In this document: one piece after another, positions 1 through 2,422 of the stretch
How positions within the stretch are numbered: position 1 is the first letter of the stretch
How the letters are laid out: each line of letters starts with the position of its first letter
Source of the DNA: a virus
Taxonomy: Duplodnaviria; Heunggongvirae; Uroviricota; Caudoviricetes
DNA length: 2,422 bases
Direction: 5' to 3' (one strand)
IMG/VR virus record: IMGVR_UViG_2703718840_000014
Made by a program: the position numbers and the translations under genes
The notes under the pieces: generated by a model
Told to the model about the DNA's origin: nothing
The model's database searches: none
What the model saw: only the letters and a program-made list of their open reading frames with translations

Positions 1-97
1 AAAATAATCTCGGTGTGAGATGCTTTACGTCTTCCAAGCCCCCTTCCTTGCCGTAAATGGAAAGATACATCTAATTATAGAATTTATATGTTTTACC

Positions 98-673
98 CTA
101 CGGCAGTGCTGGCCATTCAATATCCTGTGCAGTTGACGTATCAACACGGTTCAGCAATACCCGATACTTTTTCCATGCTTCCAGCAACGAGATTTCTTCC
201 TCCGTTGCGATTTCCAGATCTGCAGCATCCTGAAGCGGCGCAATATGCTCACTGGCTACCTGCATCAGGTTGTTTTTTGTTTCTTCCGCCTCCCGGATCC
301 GGAACAGTTTTTCTGCTTCCGTATCCTTCACCCAGGCTGTGCCGTTCCACTTCTGAAACTCCCCTTCCGGCGATAACCAGGTAACATTTTCCGGTAACGG
401 ACCGAGTTCAGAAATAAATAACGCGTCGCCGGAAGCCACGTCATAAACCGTTTTACCCCGATGATCTTCAACGAGATGCCACGATGACTCATCACTGTTG
501 AAAACAGCCACGAAGCCAGCCGGAATATCTGGCGGTGCAATATAGGTACTGTTTGCTGGCAGACCTGTATGAGGCGGAATATATGCATCACCTTCACCAA
601 TAAATTCATTAGTTCCGGCCAGCAGATTATAAATTTTTATGGTCCGTGGTTGTTCACTCATTCTGAATGCCAT
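98..673 (-). CDS. tfa: Tail fibre assembly protein (lambda Tfa family, 191 aa)
   Basis: Translation [43 protein letters not shown]…[25 protein letters not shown] is recognisable as lambda/Rac-type Tfa. ATG at 673-671 overlaps the upstream stf stop (TAATG). GAGG lies 8 nt upstream of the ATG. TAG stop at 100-98. Confidence 0.9.
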   Translation of the reverse strand: MAFRMSEQPRTIKIYNLLAGTNEFIGEGDAYIPPHTGLPANSTYIAPPDIPAGFVAVFNSDESSWHLVEDHRGKTVYDVASGDALFISELGPLPENVTWLSPEGEFQKWNGTAWVKDTEAEKLFRIREAEETKNNLMQVASEHIAPLQDAADLEIATEEEISLLEAWKKYRVLLNRVDTSTAQDIEWPALP

Positions 674-849
674 TATGCAAGCCTCACAATATAGTTAAAT
701 GCGATGTTTTTGACGGTGTTTTCCGCGTTACCAGCAGCGTTAACGGTGATGGTGTGTCCATGTGAACCAATCGCAACCGAGTGCGTATGCGCACCAATAC
801 CTACAGTATGTGCGTGTGCACCTGCGCTTGCAGCAGTACCCGATACGCA
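673..849 (-). pseudogene. stf: 3'-terminal remnant (~58 codons) of a side tail fibre gene (stf / T4 gp37-like distal tip with HxH motifs); no start codon or N-terminal body.
   Basis: Hand translation of the minus strand in the frame ending at the TAA (675-673) gives [58 protein letters not shown]. It carries three HxH motifs (HAH 816-808, HTH 789-781, HGH 762-754), characteristic of phage long-tail-fibre C-terminal tips. The stop overlaps the tfa start as TAATG. This frame differs from the H frame. Confidence 0.7.
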
Positions 850-1054
850 TGGCGGCTTTATACTGCCCGACGGAAATCCCCGCTTTCTGTGCAGCCAGCG
901 CCTGTCGGCTCAGCGACTGTTCAACGACTGCCGCTGTTTTTTTCGCATCACTTTCCGTACCGGAAAAATGACGCCTGACTCTGGCCATCTGCTCGTCAAA
1001 TCTGGCCGCATCCAGACTCAAATCAACGACCAGATCGCCTACCGGTTCAGCCAT
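740..1054 (-). pseudogene. H: Truncated tape-measure gene H: 70 authentic N-terminal codons (1054-845) followed by 34 out-of-frame codons read from stf-like DNA, then a stop.
   Basis: Translation [70 protein letters not shown] matches the lambda gpH N-terminus as I recall it. It then switches to Cys/Arg/Trp-rich nonsense ([34 protein letters not shown]) and stops at 742-740. Lambda gpH is about 850 aa. Strong Shine-Dalgarno AGGAGGAG (1068-1061) with a 6-nt spacer before the ATG at 1054-1052. Confidence 0.8.
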
Positions 1055-1481
1055 ACCGGACTCCTCCTGCGATCCCTTCTGATACTGTCATCAGCATTAC
1101 GTCATCCTCCGTCATGTCCGCCACATCCGGGGAAGTAGGGATAACTTCATTCCCGTCCGGGCCAAAGCGGACACCTCCGGCAAGCCCTGCCGCTTTCTGC
1201 ATCAGCACATCATCTTCAGGCTCTTCGTCAGCCTCGCGCCGGTTCAGCAGACTGAAATCCAGCGGATGCATATCCGGATCGCTGAAAAACAGGCTGAGCA
1301 CGGTGTACGTCAGCCCGGAAAAGTGCATATCCAGCAGAACATCATGAAAATAATGGGTACTGTAAAAGCGGTGCCAGTCGGCATACTCCGTGGATGACAT
1401 CCCGGCAAGCATGGCACGCCAGTCGGGTCGCCCCATCTCACGCGCCAGTTTCAGGGCAAAACTCAGCTCACCGTCGAACAC
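1047..1481 (-). CDS. T: T reading frame of the tail assembly chaperone; expected to be expressed only as the G-T fusion via the -1 frameshift (fusion spans 1047-1885).
   Basis: Translation (M/V)FDGELSFALKLAREMGRPDWRAMLAGMSSTEYADWHRFYSTHYFHDVLLD… matches what I recall of lambda gpT. The frame is -1 relative to G and overlaps the G 3' end. The first codon in the track is GTG, with no independent Shine-Dalgarno, as expected for a frameshift-only product. TGA stop at 1049-1047. Confidence 0.85.
   Translation of the reverse strand: MFDGELSFALKLAREMGRPDWRAMLAGMSSTEYADWHRFYSTHYFHDVLLDMHFSGLTYTVLSLFFSDPDMHPLDFSLLNRREADEEPEDDVLMQKAAGLAGGVRFGPDGNEVIPTSPDVADMTEDDVMLMTVSEGIAGGVRYG
1061..1068 (-). promoter_or_regulatory. 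Shine-Dalgarno sequence (AGGAGGAG) for H, embedded in the 3' end of the T frame
   Basis: Seen in sequence: minus strand reads gcAGGAGGAGtccggtATGGCTGA, with a 6-nt spacer. The H ATG (1054-1052) lies 5 nt upstream of the T stop (1049-1047), so the two genes overlap. Confidence 0.6.
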
Positions 1482-1885
1482 TTTCCCGCAGAAACAGGCT
1501 CTGCGGGCCCGGCGTCCTCTGTCTGTTCAGGGGCATTATTCACCACAAACTCATACATACCGGACAGCCGGTACACCACGTTTTCAGCATGAGAAATTGC
1601 CTCCGTGGGCCAGGTGGTAAGCACTTCCTGCTCAATCTGTTTAACGGCTTCATTCATGGACGGCAGCTTTGTCTTCTGCGGATGGTTATGCCACAGGGAC
1701 ATCGCCACCAGAAACGCGCCGGTTCTGATGGCGTCTTCCACAGTAAACTTCCGGTTGCTGTCTGACTCCGCCTGTTCTGCCTGCCGTTTCATCAGGGCGA
1801 GATGCTCAATACGCTGCAGGGCTGACAGTTCAGAAAGCGTGACGGTCACACCGTTATGTTCAAATGATTCGGTTTTCAGGAACAT
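1463..1885 (-). CDS. G: Tail assembly chaperone gpG (140 aa)
   Basis: Translation MFLKTESFEHNGVTVTLSELSALQRIEHLALMKRQAEQAESD…SAGKCSTVS is recognisable as lambda gpG. ATG at 1885-1883 is preceded by GGAGAG (1897-1892) with a 6-nt spacer. TGA stop at 1465-1463. Lies 15 nt downstream of the V stop. Confidence 0.9.
   Translation of the reverse strand: MFLKTESFEHNGVTVTLSELSALQRIEHLALMKRQAEQAESDSNRKFTVEDAIRTGAFLVAMSLWHNHPQKTKLPSMNEAVKQIEQEVLTTWPTEAISHAENVVYRLSGMYEFVVNNAPEQTEDAGPAEPVSAGKCSTVS
1481..1487 (-). promoter_or_regulatory. -1 programmed ribosomal frameshift slippery heptamer G GGA AAG (G frame), joining G to the T frame
   Basis: Seen in sequence: plus strand 1481-1487 is CTTTCCC, i.e. GGGAAAG on the minus strand, read as G-GGA-AAG (…A-G-K) in the G frame, 6 codons before the G stop. 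A -1 slip reads GGG-AAA then GTG-TTC-GAC… (V-F-D-G-E-L…), which is the T frame. Established knowledge: lambda G-T is the classic tail-chaperone frameshift. Confidence 0.8.
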
Positions 1886-1891
1886 CGCTGA

Positions 1892-1897
1892 CTCTCC
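1892..1897 (-). promoter_or_regulatory. Shine-Dalgarno sequence (GGAGAG) for G
   Basis: Seen in sequence: minus strand reads tccGGAGAGtcagcgATG, with a 6-nt spacer to the G start codon. Confidence 0.6.
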
Positions 1898-1900
1898 GGA

Positions 1901-2422
1901 TTAACTGGCGGTGACGGTAATTTCTGCAACCGCAGCAAGTTCACCATTACCGGATACAACCGGAATGTTGACCTTGCCTGCAGCAACACCTTTCACGGTG
2001 ATGGTCATACCACTGACCGACACGGTGGCTTTTGTTTTATCCGCAGACACCGCACGGAAGCTCTTGTCGGTTGCGCCTTCCGGCTGGAATGCCACGGTCA
2101 GCGTGGTGCTCTGCCCTTTCACCACCGAAGTGCTGGCAGGCGTCACGGTCATGCCGGTTGCCGCTGTTACCGTGCTGCGATCTTCTGCCATTGACGGACG
2201 TCCCACGTTGGTGACTTTCACCGTGCGGGTGATCACTTCCTTCGCCGTCACCGCTTTACCGATACTGCTGACCCAGCCACGGAACACATCGACCGTGCCG
2301 TTCGGGAAGCGGATTTTATAGGCACGGGTATCACCTTCATTAAACCACGCCAGCAGCGCCTGCTGCCCCTGCTCTCCGGGCATCCACGCCAGCGTGAAGC
2401 TGGTATTGATCTTACCCAGCAA
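1901..2422 (-). CDS. V: Major tail tube protein, lambda gpV-like; C-terminal ~173 codons including the C-terminal Ig-like domain. 5'-partial: N-terminus lies beyond the window end.
   Basis: ORF-track translation (…[56 protein letters not shown]…[18 protein letters not shown]) matches what I recall of lambda gpV. TAA stop at 1901-1903 on the minus strand. ORF is open to the window edge. Position immediately upstream of G fits lambda gene order. Confidence 0.9.
   Translation of the reverse strand: MLGKINTSFTLAWMPGEQGQQALLAWFNEGDTRAYKIRFPNGTVDVFRGWVSSIGKAVTAKEVITRTVKVTNVGRPSMAEDRSTVTAATGMTVTPASTSVVKGQSTTLTVAFQPEGATDKSFRAVSADKTKATVSVSGMTITVKGVAAGKVNIPVVSGNGELAAVAEITVTAS

Noticed and set aside
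88-384. Plus-strand ORF of 98 aa
   Set aside because: Lies entirely antisense to the well-supported tfa gene. Its translation is low-complexity (Pro/Leu/Ser-rich) with no recognisable domain and no convincing ribosome-binding site. Typical shadow ORF.
328-609. Minus-strand ORF of 93 aa inside tfa in another frame
   Set aside because: Fully nested within tfa in an alternative frame; tfa itself gives a full-length match to a known protein family. Most likely an out-of-frame artefact.
781-830. Alternating purine-pyrimidine tracts (tgtgcgtgtgcac and similar), possible Z-DNA-forming or simple repeat
   Set aside because: Explained by the His-x-His / Gly-Ala codon repeats of the fibre-tip coding sequence (CAC/GCA/CAT runs); not an independent repeat element.
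704-1138. Plus-strand ORF of 144 aa spanning the H'/stf junction
   Set aside because: Antisense to H', the stf remnant and the T 3' end. Cys/Pro/Ala-rich translation, a mirror of the coding strand. It would be a junction-created chimera with no sign of selection. The nested plus-strand ORFs 762-971 and 781-978 are rejected for the same reason.
1114-1904. Plus-strand ORFs 1114-1347, 1390-1620, 1394-1765 and 1605-1904
   Set aside because: All are antisense to G and T, whose identity is strongly supported. Ser/Arg/Ala-rich translations are typical of reverse-strand reading of coding sequence.
1911-2321. Plus-strand ORFs of 136 aa (1911-2321) and 60 aa (2032-2214)
   Set aside because: Antisense to V. 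The Thr/Val/Ala-rich translation simply mirrors the codon composition of the V Ig-like domain.
1-2422. Possibility of a novel defence or accessory system (toxin-antitoxin, CRISPR, retron, etc.) in the window
   Set aside because: Every substantial ORF on the coding strand is accounted for by recognisable lambda-type tail proteins (V, G, T, H', stf', tfa). There are no repeat-spacer arrays, no structured RNA candidates and no unexplained coding capacity. The only unusual feature is the deletion junction.

Overview
The window is coded almost entirely on the minus strand and is a lambda-type phage tail-gene block. Reading 5'->3' on the minus strand (window coordinates descending), it contains: the C-terminal ~173 codons of the major tail tube protein V (1901-2422, N-terminus beyond the window); tail assembly chaperone G (1463-1885); the T reading frame (1047-1481), reached from G by a -1 programmed frameshift at a GGGAAAG heptamer (1481-1487); only the first 70 codons of tape-measure gene H (845-1054), which then run out of frame into the 3' end of a side-tail-fibre (stf-like) gene; and an intact tail fibre assembly gene tfa (98-673). 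The H'::'stf joint at about 841-850 implies loss of most of H, the tail-tip genes and most of the fibre gene, so this looks like a tail-defective lambdoid prophage remnant, an engineered deletion, or an assembly misjoin. All plus-strand ORFs in the track are antisense to these genes and I treat them as spurious. I see no CRISPR array, RNA gene, transposase or evidence of a novel system; the deletion junction is the most noteworthy feature. Protein identifications rest on my recollection of lambda protein sequences, not on a database search.
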